From Planctomycetota bacterium (GTDB lineage: Bacteria; Planctomycetota; B15-G4; JADJEK01), in the NCBI GenBank assembly GCA_044225365.1, contig JBGAIQ010000007.1, positions 1-64,000 on the forward strand: 64,000 bases of DNA, read 5' to 3'. A model generated the notes under the pieces. The model did no database searches, had not been told where the DNA came from, and saw only the letters and a program-made list of their open reading frames with translations. This document shows, piece after piece, positions 19,839 through 29,494 of this stretch (positions are counted from its first letter, which is position 1; every line of letters starts with the position of its first letter). Made by a program: the position numbers and the translations under genes.

Positions 19839-21284
19839 TCAGGGCACGTAGACCTTGGCCTTGCCCCGCTTCGGCTGGACCGGCAGGACGCCGACCTTGG
19901 CCTTGGCCTTTGGATCGGCGCCAAAGCCCGCGACCTCGATGAAGTAGCTGCCGCACTTCTCGGTCAGGACGTCCTCGACCCGCGTCTCCTTGCCATTCGC
20001 AGGTTGGATGTTCGACAGGATGTCGAGCTGCGAACCGAGGGGCGACATGAACCCGAGCTGGGTCGGACCGGCGAACACATTGTTGATGCGCACCGCGAAG
20101 TCGAGCTTCGCGCCGGGCAGCAGACGCACTTCGACGCTGGCGAAACCGGCGCCCGGGCTCTTCACGTTCACGACGCGCGCTTCGCCCGCCTTCGGAAGCT
20201 TGCGATCGGTCTTCGCGAACCAGCCGCCGGTGGTCGTCCCGTCCTTCGACAGTACGCGGAGCGTGTATTCGCCGCTCGTCTTCAGCTTCGCGACCTTCTT
20301 CAGCTTCTGCTTGTTCGAGAAGTTGAGAGTGGTCTCGACCTGTCCGTTCGGATCGATGACCTGCACCTGCGGTGCGAGATCGCCCGCCTTCACCCCAAAC
20401 TTGATCTTGAGGAGCATGCCCTTGATGCCGTCGAACTTCATGTCGTCCTTGTCGCCGATGCTCGCGACCTGGCCGAGAAGACGGTCACCCGGCACGAACT
20501 TGGGGTCGCCGACGGTGAGCGTGACGGGAAGGTCGACGAAGTCGCTCGTATTGAAGAAGTTCTGGAAGCGTAGGGTCGTGGAGTAGGAGCCGGGGACCAG
20601 CCCCTCGTAGTGCGCGATGAGATCGATCGGCTGACCCGTCTGTCCAGCGACGGCGAACGACGACGGCGGCGCGATCTCGAGCCACGGGGCGGGCTGCTGC
20701 GGATCGACGCTGAAGACGAGCACGGAGTCCGGCGTTCCGAGGTTGTTGACCACCACTTCGGCTTGGAGCGACGTCACGTCGCTCGGGCGGACGAAGAACT
20801 GGATCGGGGACGCGTCGTCGAGCGAGAGATCGAGCGCCTGGACGTAGCCCTGGGTGCCGATCGCAGCGTTGTTGGCGAGCGCGAGTTCACCCGAAGCGCC
20901 GCTGATCCGCGCTCCCCAGTAGAGGAGTCCGGTGGGGGCGTTCGCCGGCACCGTGAGCGGTACGCCGACGTAGCCGAGGGTCGAAGTCGACAAGCTACCG
21001 ACGACGAGGTCCGAGCCATCGACGACGGAGTCGGTCGACAGGACGATCTCGAGCGTGTAGTTGCCGATCAGCGGGTCGCCGAAGTTTGCGACGTTGACCG
21101 TCACGATCGTCGGAGCGCTGGTGTAGGACGTTCCGGGTCCGACGACGGACGTGGGTCCGAGATCAGGAACTCCAGCGAAGGCGCTACTGCTCGCGCCGAG
21201 CGCGGTGGCAAGAGCGAGCGTGAGAAGGCAGCGGCGCGCGGGATTCGACTTCGTGGTTTGAACGTGATTCATGGTTGTCCGCAT
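19839..21284 (-). CDS. Secreted multi-beta-sandwich protein (CARDB-like + BACON-like + PPC-like), paralog 1
   Basis: Signal peptide ending AFA; PDL...LSTD..D.SD...GE..ANN, APWL and GEYTLRV motifs; ends KVYVP. Confidence 0.8.
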   Translation of the reverse strand: MRTTMNHVQTTKSNPARRCLLTLALATALGASSSAFAGVPDLGPTSVVGPGTSYTSAPTIVTVNVANFGDPLIGNYTLEIVLSTDSVVDGSDLVVGSLSTSTLGYVGVPLTVPANAPTGLLYWGARISGASGELALANNAAIGTQGYVQALDLSLDDASPIQFFVRPSDVTSLQAEVVVNNLGTPDSVLVFSVDPQQPAPWLEIAPPSSFAVAGQTGQPIDLIAHYEGLVPGSYSTTLRFQNFFNTSDFVDLPVTLTVGDPKFVPGDRLLGQVASIGDKDDMKFDGIKGMLLKIKFGVKAGDLAPQVQVIDPNGQVETTLNFSNKQKLKKVAKLKTSGEYTLRVLSKDGTTTGGWFAKTDRKLPKAGEARVVNVKSPGAGFASVEVRLLPGAKLDFAVRINNVFAGPTQLGFMSPLGSQLDILSNIQPANGKETRVEDVLTEKCGSYFIEVAGFGADPKAKAKVGVLPVQPKRGKAKVYVP

Positions 21285-21445
21285 GTTCCTGACCTCATTC
21301 CTGCGGGTGCCGCGCACCCAGCCAGTTCTCTCCTCGATCCGTTCCAGCGCCCTCGCGGGGGAGGGGTTCCTTCCGGTGTAGTCCGAGTCGGCCATAGCGT
21401 CGATCTTGGGCGGTGTAGATGGCGAGCGGGTTTCGGTTCGTCTCC

Positions 21446-22894
21446 TCATGGCACGTACACCTTGGTCGTGCCCTTCGGGGGCTGAACGGGGTAGACCAGG
21501 AGCTTCGCCATTCCGCCCGGCAGAGCGGAGAGGCCCGCGACCGTGATCTCGTACTCGCCGAGGAGCGCAGCCGTCACCGCCTCGACCTTCAGCGCGGTCC
21601 CGAAGATGGGCGTGGTCTTGTTGCTGAGATCGACCGCCGTGCCGTGAGGATCGAGGAGCGTCAGCGCGAACGGCGCGGTTTCGCCTGCCATCGACTGGAC
21701 GCTGAAGTCGAGCTTCGCACCGGGGTACATCAGCACTGGAGCCGTTGCGGTACCGTTACCAGAGTCGTGAACGATGACCTCGTGCGACGACGAGAGAGGA
21801 CCGTTGTGGCGATCGGTCTTCACGCGGAAGGAACCGGTGGTCGAGCCCTTGCCCGAGAAGACCATCCGATACTCGCCGGTCTCGTTCAGGATCACGATCT
21901 TCTTCAGGATCGCGTGGCTGTTCTTGTAGTTCAGGACCTTCTCGATCTGGCCGCTCGGAGCGAACAGCGTGACCTGGAACTTCAGGTTGCCGGCGAGGAC
22001 CTGACCCTTGAAGATCGCGGTCGACCCCGCGAGCCCGTCGAAGCGGACCTCGTCGGTCTCGCCCACCTGGCCGATCTGGCCGCGGATGCGATCGCCGAGG
22101 ACGATGTGCTGATTACCGACTTCGAGGCGCACCGAGACGTCCTGGAAGTCGTTCGCGTTGTTCACGTTCTCGAGGCGCACCGTCGTGATGTAACTGCCGA
22201 TGGGCAGACCGGTCGGATCGCAATGGAGGACGACGGTCGCGGGCGCCTTGCCCTGGATCGCGAATCCATCGCCGATGTCGATCGTGAGCCACGGCGCGAA
22301 GGACTGCTTCTTGGCCGCGAAGAGCAGGATGCTGCCCGGATTCCCGAGGTCCGCGACCTCGAGTTCGCCGTCGACCGCTTGCGGGTTCTCGAACGCCGTC
22401 TTGAACACGACGGGGGAGGGATCGACGACGGAGAGGTCGGTCGCGAGGATGTTCACGCTCTGACCGACGTAGAGGTTGTTCGCGAGGTTCGTCTCACCGG
22501 CAACTTGGAGCACCCGCGCCATCCAACGGTAGCTGCCGCCCGCCATGTTCGCGGGGATCGTGAAGAACACGTTCTGCGTCGAGAACGTCGCCGAATTGAT
22601 CGTCTGGACGACGATGTCGTTGGCGTCGTAGACGGCGTCCTTCGAGAGGATGATCTCGGCCTGGTACGCCCCGTTGTAGGCGGCCTGGATGTTCCAGACG
22701 TCGAGGGTGACGTAGTTCAGAAGTCCGACGTGCGCGGTCATTGGACCGATCACGTCGAGGACGGCGAGATCGGGCGCCGGAGCATCGGCCACCGCAGTTC
22801 CTGCTCCAACGAGCGCAGCGAATGCGCAAGCGGACTGTAGGATCGCGCGGCAGTACGAAACGCGGCCGATTGATGCAATCGAGCGGGTCGTCAT
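21446..22894 (-). CDS. Secreted multi-beta-sandwich protein (CARDB-like + BACON-like + PPC-like), paralog 2
   Basis: Colinear with the 19839-21284 protein along its whole length; also ends KVYVP. Confidence 0.8.
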   Translation of the reverse strand: MTTRSIASIGRVSYCRAILQSACAFAALVGAGTAVADAPAPDLAVLDVIGPMTAHVGLLNYVTLDVWNIQAAYNGAYQAEIILSKDAVYDANDIVVQTINSATFSTQNVFFTIPANMAGGSYRWMARVLQVAGETNLANNLYVGQSVNILATDLSVVDPSPVVFKTAFENPQAVDGELEVADLGNPGSILLFAAKKQSFAPWLTIDIGDGFAIQGKAPATVVLHCDPTGLPIGSYITTVRLENVNNANDFQDVSVRLEVGNQHIVLGDRIRGQIGQVGETDEVRFDGLAGSTAIFKGQVLAGNLKFQVTLFAPSGQIEKVLNYKNSHAILKKIVILNETGEYRMVFSGKGSTTGSFRVKTDRHNGPLSSSHEVIVHDSGNGTATAPVLMYPGAKLDFSVQSMAGETAPFALTLLDPHGTAVDLSNKTTPIFGTALKVEAVTAALLGEYEITVAGLSALPGGMAKLLVYPVQPPKGTTKVYVP

Positions 22895-23089
22895 GGTGTC
22901 GTGGCCTTTGGGTCTTTTGGGTTCGACCCGGACCGCGATCTCCTACGCAGGTCCAGGTCGTCCGTCGGTCAACATCTCGCTCGCGCCTTCTTGGCCAACT
23001 TTACCCCCGAATGCAAAGAAGGCGAATCGATCGTCGAGATTTTGGAATCCATCTCCGTCCACGCACTAAAGGCCGCTCTAAAGGTTGAA

Positions 23090-24049
23090 ATGGACAAGGC
23101 TTTCGAAAACGCCGATGCGCCGGCATTCGTGGCACGATTGCAGAAGAACGCTCGCCATCTCGGGAAATTCGCGCGGCGGATCGGCACCGATGCCTACCGG
23201 ATCTACGACGCTGACGTTCCCAACTACAACGCTGCGATCGATCGTTACGCGGACCACTTCGTCATCGCGGAATACGCGCCCCCCAAGACCGTTGCGGCGG
23301 ATATCGCGGCTTCCCGATTGCGCGATCTTTTCGTCGGCGTGAGTCAGGTGTTCGACGCGGCTCCCGAGCGGATCGTGATGAAGCAGCGGCGTCGGCAGAG
23401 CCCGACCACGCAATATGGCAAGACTTCGAACGAAAATCGTCTCGTGGCAGTGCAGGAGGGTGATGCGAAGTACCTCGTGAACCTCGGCGACCGCCTCGAT
23501 ACGGGGCTCTACCTCGATCATCGCGGGACTCGCGAGTTCCTGCGCGCGCGAGCGGACGGCAAGAGCGTTCTCAACCTGTTCGCCTACACGGCGACCGCGA
23601 CCGTCGCCGTCGCGCTCGGCGGCGCACGCCGCTCGGTCTCGGTCGATTGGTCGAACACGTACATCGATTGGGGTTCGAAGAACCTCCGCGAGAATGGGAT
23701 CTCGGAGACGCAGCACGTTCTCTTCCACTTCGATTGCAATGAGTACGTAGCGGGCGCGAAGGATCGATTCGACCTCGTCTTCGTCGATCCACCGACGTTT
23801 TCGAATCGGAGCGGGATCGACGAGACGTTCGAGGTCCAGCGTGATCACGGCGGAATGCTGCGCGAGTTGAAGCGGTTGTTGCCCGTCGGCGGCGAGATCG
23901 TGTTCTCGACGCACGCGCAACGCTTCAAGCTCGACGAGACGCTCGAGCAGTCCTACCGGATCCGCGACGTGACGAAAGCCACGCTTCACGAGGACTTCAA
24001 GCGCAGTCCGAAGATTCACCAAGCCTGGTTGCTGACGCGCGCCCGTTGA
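23090..24049 (+). CDS. 23S rRNA methyltransferase, RlmK-like (C-terminal half of RlmKL; RlmI/K family)
   Basis: RLQKN..YRIYDADVP.Y..AIDRY, LDTGLYLDHR, LNLFAYT, DPPTFSN and QRDH motifs. Confidence 0.85.
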   Translation: MDKAFENADAPAFVARLQKNARHLGKFARRIGTDAYRIYDADVPNYNAAIDRYADHFVIAEYAPPKTVAADIAASRLRDLFVGVSQVFDAAPERIVMKQRRRQSPTTQYGKTSNENRLVAVQEGDAKYLVNLGDRLDTGLYLDHRGTREFLRARADGKSVLNLFAYTATATVAVALGGARRSVSVDWSNTYIDWGSKNLRENGISETQHVLFHFDCNEYVAGAKDRFDLVFVDPPTFSNRSGIDETFEVQRDHGGMLRELKRLLPVGGEIVFSTHAQRFKLDETLEQSYRIRDVTKATLHEDFKRSPKIHQAWLLTRAR

Positions 24050-24161
24050 AGCGCTTGCCGACCGGCCGGTGGATTCGCTCCGGATGAAGGTTTTCGGTAC
24101 GATTTCCGCCGCGTCCAAGGACGCACGACGAACCAAGATCTCGGCACGAAGGAAGATTCGC

Positions 24162-25118
24162 ATGCAGTACCGCGCGCTCGGCCCCTCAGGAACGAAGGTG
24201 TCGGCGATCTCGCTCGGCAGTTGGCTCACGATCGGAAGCGCGATCGAACAGCGAGCAACGGACGCGTGCGTCCACGCCGCGTTCGAGGGTGGGATCAACT
24301 TCTTCGATACCGCCGACGTCTACAATCGCGGCGAAGGTGAGATCGCGCTCGGCAAGGCGCTCAAGGGATACCGTCGCGCGGACTACGTGCTCGCGACGAA
24401 GGCGTTCTGGCCGATGTCGGAGAACGTGAACGACCGCGGACTGTCACGCAAGCACCTGTTCGAAGCGTGTCACGCGTCGCTCAAGCGACTCGGTACCGAC
24501 TACATCGATCTCTACCAATGCCATCGATTCGATCCCGAGACGGCGGTCGAGGAAGTCGTGCGTGCGATGGAGGATCTGATCCGTCAGGGCAAGGTCCTCT
24601 ATTGGGGCGTGTCGGTGTGGACAGGCGCGCAGATCGAGAGCGCATGCGCGCAGGCCGAAGCGTGGTGCGCCTACAAGCCCGTCACGAATCAGCCGCCCTA
24701 CAACCTGCTGGACCGCGGCATCGAATCGGAGGTCGTTCCCGCTTCGCGACGGCGCGGGATCCAGCAGATCGTGTTCTCTCCGCTCGCCCAGGGTCTCCTC
24801 ACCGGTAAGTACGCCGGAGGAAAGGTGCCTCCGGGATCTCGCGCCGCCGATGAGCGCCATGGTGGATTTCTCAGGCCGAAGATGACCGCGGACAATCTCG
24901 CGAAGGCGGACAAGATCGCCGGGCTCGCGCGCGAACTTGGAATCACGTCCGCGCAGCTCGCGCTCGGTTGGATCCTCAGCAAGGACTTCGTCGCGTCCGC
25001 GATCGTCGGCGCGACGCGCGCCGATCAGGTCGTGGAGAACCTGAAAGCAGTCGACGTGCAGCTCCCGCGCGATGCGATCGCGAAGCTCGACGAATGGACG
25101 GCCGTGAAACCGGCCTGA
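24162..25118 (+). CDS. Aldo/keto reductase (Kv-beta-like subfamily)
   Basis: LGSWLT, FFDTADVY, GLSRKH, LGTDYIDLYQCHR and FSPLAQGLLTGKY motifs. Confidence 0.95.
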   Translation: MQYRALGPSGTKVSAISLGSWLTIGSAIEQRATDACVHAAFEGGINFFDTADVYNRGEGEIALGKALKGYRRADYVLATKAFWPMSENVNDRGLSRKHLFEACHASLKRLGTDYIDLYQCHRFDPETAVEEVVRAMEDLIRQGKVLYWGVSVWTGAQIESACAQAEAWCAYKPVTNQPPYNLLDRGIESEVVPASRRRGIQQIVFSPLAQGLLTGKYAGGKVPPGSRAADERHGGFLRPKMTADNLAKADKIAGLARELGITSAQLALGWILSKDFVASAIVGATRADQVVENLKAVDVQLPRDAIAKLDEWTAVKPA

Positions 25119-25122
25119 ACCC

Positions 25123-25722
25123 ATGGGCCGAATCGTCGCCAGGCAGTATCAGGATCCACTCGATCGGGTATGGATCGCATGCGCGGAAGGCATCGGTCTC
25201 ACGATCGTGCGCAGTGGGGCGGTCTATGCGTCCGTGAATTCCGATGGCCTCGGTGTCCTGACCCTGGGCACGGCGGAGACGCTCGATGCCGACGACTGCC
25301 TGGCGCAGATGGTCTTCCACGAGATCTGTCACGCATTGGTTCAAGTGGCGGCCGATCCCGACGCGATGACGAAGCGCGACTGGGGACTCGACAATCGAAC
25401 CGAGCGCGACGCTCCTCGCGAGCGCGCGACTCTGCGCGTGCAAGCCGAGATCGCGCGGCGTCATGGGCTCCGGATCTTCTTCGCGCCGACGACGGACTAT
25501 CGAACGTTCTTCGATTCACTGCTCGTCGATCCGCTCGAGGGCGCGCCTCGGGACGAACACGAACTCGCGACCGACGCCCTGCGTCGTTCGCGCGGCAAGC
25601 CGTTCTCACCGCATCTCGACGACGCTCTCCTCGCGACCGCGGCGGTGGTTCGCGCAGTGTCACCCTTTCGGTGCCGCGGAATCGCTAGCCTCTACGACAT
25701 CGACCCGATCGAGGATCCCTGA
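25123..25722 (+). CDS. Hypothetical HExxH-motif protein
   Basis: LAQMVFHEICHALV, DWGLDN and FFAPTTDYR; begins 4 nt after the AKR stop. Confidence 0.7.
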   Translation: MGRIVARQYQDPLDRVWIACAEGIGLTIVRSGAVYASVNSDGLGVLTLGTAETLDADDCLAQMVFHEICHALVQVAADPDAMTKRDWGLDNRTERDAPRERATLRVQAEIARRHGLRIFFAPTTDYRTFFDSLLVDPLEGAPRDEHELATDALRRSRGKPFSPHLDDALLATAAVVRAVSPFRCRGIASLYDIDPIEDP

Positions 25723-25760
25723 GCGACTCAGACGAGTCACACGGGGCGGAGATTTCGACG

Positions 25761-27773
25761 ATGCTCCTACCTGCCGTTCTGCTTTGTTTCGTGTTGCAAG
25801 ACGATGGGGCACCGCAAGAGAGTCCGATCGGGACGTTGATCGGGCGCATCGTCGCCGAGAACGAGAGTGCGCACGCGGAGCCCGATCCGTACACGGTCGT
25901 GATGACGCACCTGAAGGGCGTGCCGCGACGCCACTCGTTGCTGCATCGAATCTCGCGTGCGACGTCGATGTTCACCGATCCGTGGTCGGGCCCGAGGCTC
26001 GCCGCGGATCTGCGTGATCGCCTGCTCGCCCCGTTCGCCGATGGGAAGGTTGCAATATTCACCTCCGTCGTGCCGACGATCGAGGACTGGCTCGACGCGC
26101 CAGAGTCGGAATTCGACGATGAAGTGAAGGGCAAGCTCGCAGCGATCGACAATGCATGGGCGGCCGTGATGGACGAGAGCGCGACGGAAGCCGAACTGAT
26201 GATCCGGCTCTCGAAGTTCTGCGCGAGCATGAACGCGGCCCTCGAGCAGGCTTTCGCCGACCTTTCCGACGACGAGAAGAAGTTCCTGTTCGAGAAGGCG
26301 CAGACCCTGCTCGACGGCTGGTTCCACGTGAATTCGCCGAAGCCGGACGTCTCGGAGGAACAAGTCGCGGCGATTGCCGGGATGATGAAGGTGCTCCCGA
26401 GAATCGATCGCGCCCTCGTGCTCGCGGTCGCGCGTCGCGGCATGTTCCTCGCCGATCCCGCGTTCTCCGCATCGTTCCCGAAGCGTCTCAACAAAATGCG
26501 ATTGCAGGCGAAAGCGCCGGACGGATTCTCCGGCGACATCCTCGCATTCGCCGGCGAGAGCGACTCCGATCGCGTGGTGCTGGGTGGGCCGGGGAAGACG
26601 GTGTACGCGGGGAAGGCGGCGCTCGTCCTCGATCTCGCTGGCAACGATCAATACGACCGGGCCGCGGTCGCAACGACGCCGGGCGCGTTGTTCTCGGCGG
26701 TCGTCGACCTGCGCGGCGACGATCTCTACAAGGGCAACGGCGAGGGGCCCTGCGCGTCCGTCGGCGGAGTGGCGATCCTGGTCGATCGTCTCGGGAAGGA
26801 CAGCTACATCGGTACGCGGCTCTCGCAAGCGGCGTCGGTCGGGGGGTATGCGTTCCTGTTCGACGGCGAGGGCAACGACACGTACACGATGCAGGACTAC
26901 GGTCAGGGTTGCGGGGTTTATGGCGTCGGCGTCCTCTACGACCAATCGGGCAATGACAAACGCGATGCCTGGGCGTTTGCCCAGGGCGCGTCGTTGTGGG
27001 TGGGGTTCGGCGCGTGTGTCGACGACACGGGAGACGATTCGTATCTCGCCGACGGACACTGGCCCGATGTCTACGGAGACTCCGGCCCGAACTCGTTCCA
27101 CGGAGCGTCGCAGGGCTACTCGACCGGGATCCGAATGGAGCAGGACGCGAAGGGCGGCGTGATCTGGGGCGACATGCCAGGCGGCGTCGGCGTGCTCATC
27201 GATCGGCTCGGCAAGGACCGCTACCAATCGGGCAACTTCAGTCAGGGCGGCGCCTACTTCTTCGCGTTCGGCCTGATGTACGACGGCGGCGGCGACGACG
27301 AGAACTTCGGGTATCGCTACTCGCAGGGATTCGGTGTGCACGAAGCCGTGGGGGTGCGGTGGGACGCCGGTGGGAACGACCACTACGTGACGCGCTGCGC
27401 TGCGAATCTCGGTTCGGCCTGGGACGAGGGCATCGGCTTCTTCCTCGACGATCAGGGCGACGACAAGTACGAGATGGGTAGCCTCGGGCTCGGCGGCGCC
27501 GCGAACAGCGCGATCGCGATCTTCGTCGACGGCGGCGGTTCCGATACCTACACCGGCGGGGGCCTCGACTCGCAGGGCGGCGCGGGCGATCGCAGCTACT
27601 ACAAGGAACCCTCGCTCTCGCTCCTGCTCGATCTCGGAGGGAAGCCCGACAAGTACTCGCGCATGGGTCGCAAGGACGATCTGCTCGCCGCGGACCCCGC
27701 GATCTCTCTCTTCCTCGACACGCAGAAGAAGTCGATCGCGGAGTTGCTCGCATTGCCGAAGATCGCTCCCTGA
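25761..27773 (+). CDS. Large secreted protein with about 12 Gly-rich hDxxGxDxY repeats
   Basis: Signal peptide and helical N-terminal half, then repeats LDLAGNDQY, VDLRGDDLY, VDRLGKDSY, FDGEGNDTY and others. Confidence 0.85.
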   Translation: MLLPAVLLCFVLQDDGAPQESPIGTLIGRIVAENESAHAEPDPYTVVMTHLKGVPRRHSLLHRISRATSMFTDPWSGPRLAADLRDRLLAPFADGKVAIFTSVVPTIEDWLDAPESEFDDEVKGKLAAIDNAWAAVMDESATEAELMIRLSKFCASMNAALEQAFADLSDDEKKFLFEKAQTLLDGWFHVNSPKPDVSEEQVAAIAGMMKVLPRIDRALVLAVARRGMFLADPAFSASFPKRLNKMRLQAKAPDGFSGDILAFAGESDSDRVVLGGPGKTVYAGKAALVLDLAGNDQYDRAAVATTPGALFSAVVDLRGDDLYKGNGEGPCASVGGVAILVDRLGKDSYIGTRLSQAASVGGYAFLFDGEGNDTYTMQDYGQGCGVYGVGVLYDQSGNDKRDAWAFAQGASLWVGFGACVDDTGDDSYLADGHWPDVYGDSGPNSFHGASQGYSTGIRMEQDAKGGVIWGDMPGGVGVLIDRLGKDRYQSGNFSQGGAYFFAFGLMYDGGGDDENFGYRYSQGFGVHEAVGVRWDAGGNDHYVTRCAANLGSAWDEGIGFFLDDQGDDKYEMGSLGLGGAANSAIAIFVDGGGSDTYTGGGLDSQGGAGDRSYYKEPSLSLLLDLGGKPDKYSRMGRKDDLLAADPAISLFLDTQKKSIAELLALPKIAP

Positions 27774-27779
27774 TCCTTG

Positions 27780-27802
27780 GGAGCGCCAGGCTCCAGCCTG
27801 GC
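27780..27802 (+). repeat. Third copy of the REP-like palindrome (GGAGCGCCAGGCTCCAGCCTGGC)
   Basis: 20/23 identical to the reverse complement of 3280-3302; two of the three differences form a compensatory base pair. Confidence 0.75.
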
Positions 27803-27845
27803 TCTTCTCTTCTCTTCTCTTCTCCTCTCTTCTCTTCTCTTCTCC
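27802..27845. repeat. (CTCTT)n microsatellite, 44-nt pure pyrimidine tract
   Basis: CTCTT x4, CTCCT, CTCTT x3, CTCC, lying between convergent genes. Confidence 0.95.
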
Positions 27846-27870
27846 GGCATGCGGACGAGGCTCGTCCTGA

Positions 27871-29421
27871 TCAGTTTCCTTTCGAGTCCGGCGACTCGAA
27901 ACTCTGCTGATTGCCGCAGAACCACCCGCCGTGCGGAGGATCGAAGAAAGGATCGATGGCGAAGCCGAGCGCCGCGGCGGCGAGATCAGGGCACACGACC
28001 GCGCCGAACGAATCGAGATGGTCCGACGCGGCGGCATAGTCCGTCAGATCGACGATGACGGTGAGCCGACCGTCGTGGTGGAACTCGCGGTCGAAGTCTT
28101 CGGAGAGCGGGGTGAGCAGCGAATTCGAGGTCCGATCTCCGAACGCCATGACTCGCCCAATCGGCGGTGACCCCGCGGCAACCTGTTCGAGATAGACGGC
28201 GTCGGATACCACCTGCGGCACGATGTCGCCGTAGTACCAGAGGCGCTGCTGCCAGAATCTCGCGAGCGCGAGGAGCGCGGCGTCGGACTCCGGCGGACCC
28301 GCCGTGCCGTACACGAAGACCGATTGGAGGACGCCTTCGCGATCTTCTTCTCCACCCCATGGAGTGCCGAGGGGACTCCCGAGGCATTCGGCGAGTTTCG
28401 ACCACTCGATCGTCCGTGCAGGGCGCTCACGAATGTCGAGCGGTCGACCGCGAAAGCGGAGGATCCTGCGATCCTCGGGAGTTCCATCGTGAAGCCCCGC
28501 CGCAACCGGCGCGGCGAATACGTCGGCGGTCGAATTCTCTGCGGTGTCGTCGATCGCGAAGGTCATCACGTAGCCCGCTGCGAGACACAGCGGCCCGGTC
28601 TCGGGCCTGCACGCAAAGCCGTAGCCCGTGGACATTGCGCGGCCATCGGCACGCGCTCCACCATAGTCGAGATGGACGGCCGCCGCCGGTCGCGGGGACG
28701 CGTTGAAGACCGGTATCGAAATCGTCGAGAATGCGCTGAGCAGTTCGGGGATCTCGTAGAGACGCCGCGGAATCCACACGTCCCAGGTTGCAATCACGGC
28801 TCGCGTCGCCGGACGCCAGAACTCGAGGCGGAAGTCGTGGGCTGCGTCGGTGACGTAGATCGTGTTCGCGCCGGCGTGGAGCAGAACGGGCACGCCTTCG
28901 AATCCGCGATTCTCGGGATCGCCTTGGAAGCACTCGCCGTTCACGAAGAGTCGATCCGCGCCGGCCAATTTTGCCATGTAGACGGCAGTCTCGGACACGA
29001 CGACGCTCGACGTTGCGAAACTGATCGGGCCGGGCACCGCACCGTTCGATTGCGTCACGGCTCGCTCCCAGCGGCCGTCGCACCACGGCAGTCGGTCGCC
29101 GGCGCGCGGCGGATCACGATCGGCAACGACACATTGGTGAACGAATGAGGCTCGCGCCTCGCCGTCCGGAACGTCTCCGCGCACGACGAGCCAGGCTTGC
29201 GGTACGTGCGAGGCGCAGGGTTGGCGGAGCAAGGCTCCTTCTGTCGGCGTCGCGGGTTCCTTCCACGCCGCACATATCGCCGCGTCGTCGACCGGCTCGC
29301 GCGGCTGCGGCTGGATCCGATTGCTCGGCCAGAAGTTTTCGCCGTCAGTGAGTTGGTCGATTCCACATCCCGCGTGGAGCGCTAACCCCCATGTGAACAC
29401 CGCCACGGTCCTGCTTCGCAC
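27871..29421 (-). CDS. Hypothetical lipoprotein resembling the non-catalytic domains of prolyl-oligopeptidase-family proteins
   Basis: Lipobox LHAGC; FVNGE..GDP..VPVLLHAGAN and FVYGTAG..ARFWQQRLWYYG motifs; no GxSxG nucleophile seen. Confidence 0.6.
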   Translation of the reverse strand: MRSRTVAVFTWGLALHAGCGIDQLTDGENFWPSNRIQPQPREPVDDAAICAAWKEPATPTEGALLRQPCASHVPQAWLVVRGDVPDGEARASFVHQCVVADRDPPRAGDRLPWCDGRWERAVTQSNGAVPGPISFATSSVVVSETAVYMAKLAGADRLFVNGECFQGDPENRGFEGVPVLLHAGANTIYVTDAAHDFRLEFWRPATRAVIATWDVWIPRRLYEIPELLSAFSTISIPVFNASPRPAAAVHLDYGGARADGRAMSTGYGFACRPETGPLCLAAGYVMTFAIDDTAENSTADVFAAPVAAGLHDGTPEDRRILRFRGRPLDIRERPARTIEWSKLAECLGSPLGTPWGGEEDREGVLQSVFVYGTAGPPESDAALLALARFWQQRLWYYGDIVPQVVSDAVYLEQVAAGSPPIGRVMAFGDRTSNSLLTPLSEDFDREFHHDGRLTVIVDLTDYAAASDHLDSFGAVVCPDLAAAALGFAIDPFFDPPHGGWFCGNQQSFESPDSKGN

Positions 29422-29494
29422 GATTCGATCCTCCGGCCGCCAGCCATCGCGGAGACTATCGGCAGCGTCGGAGAGTTCGATGTAACGAGCCCGT

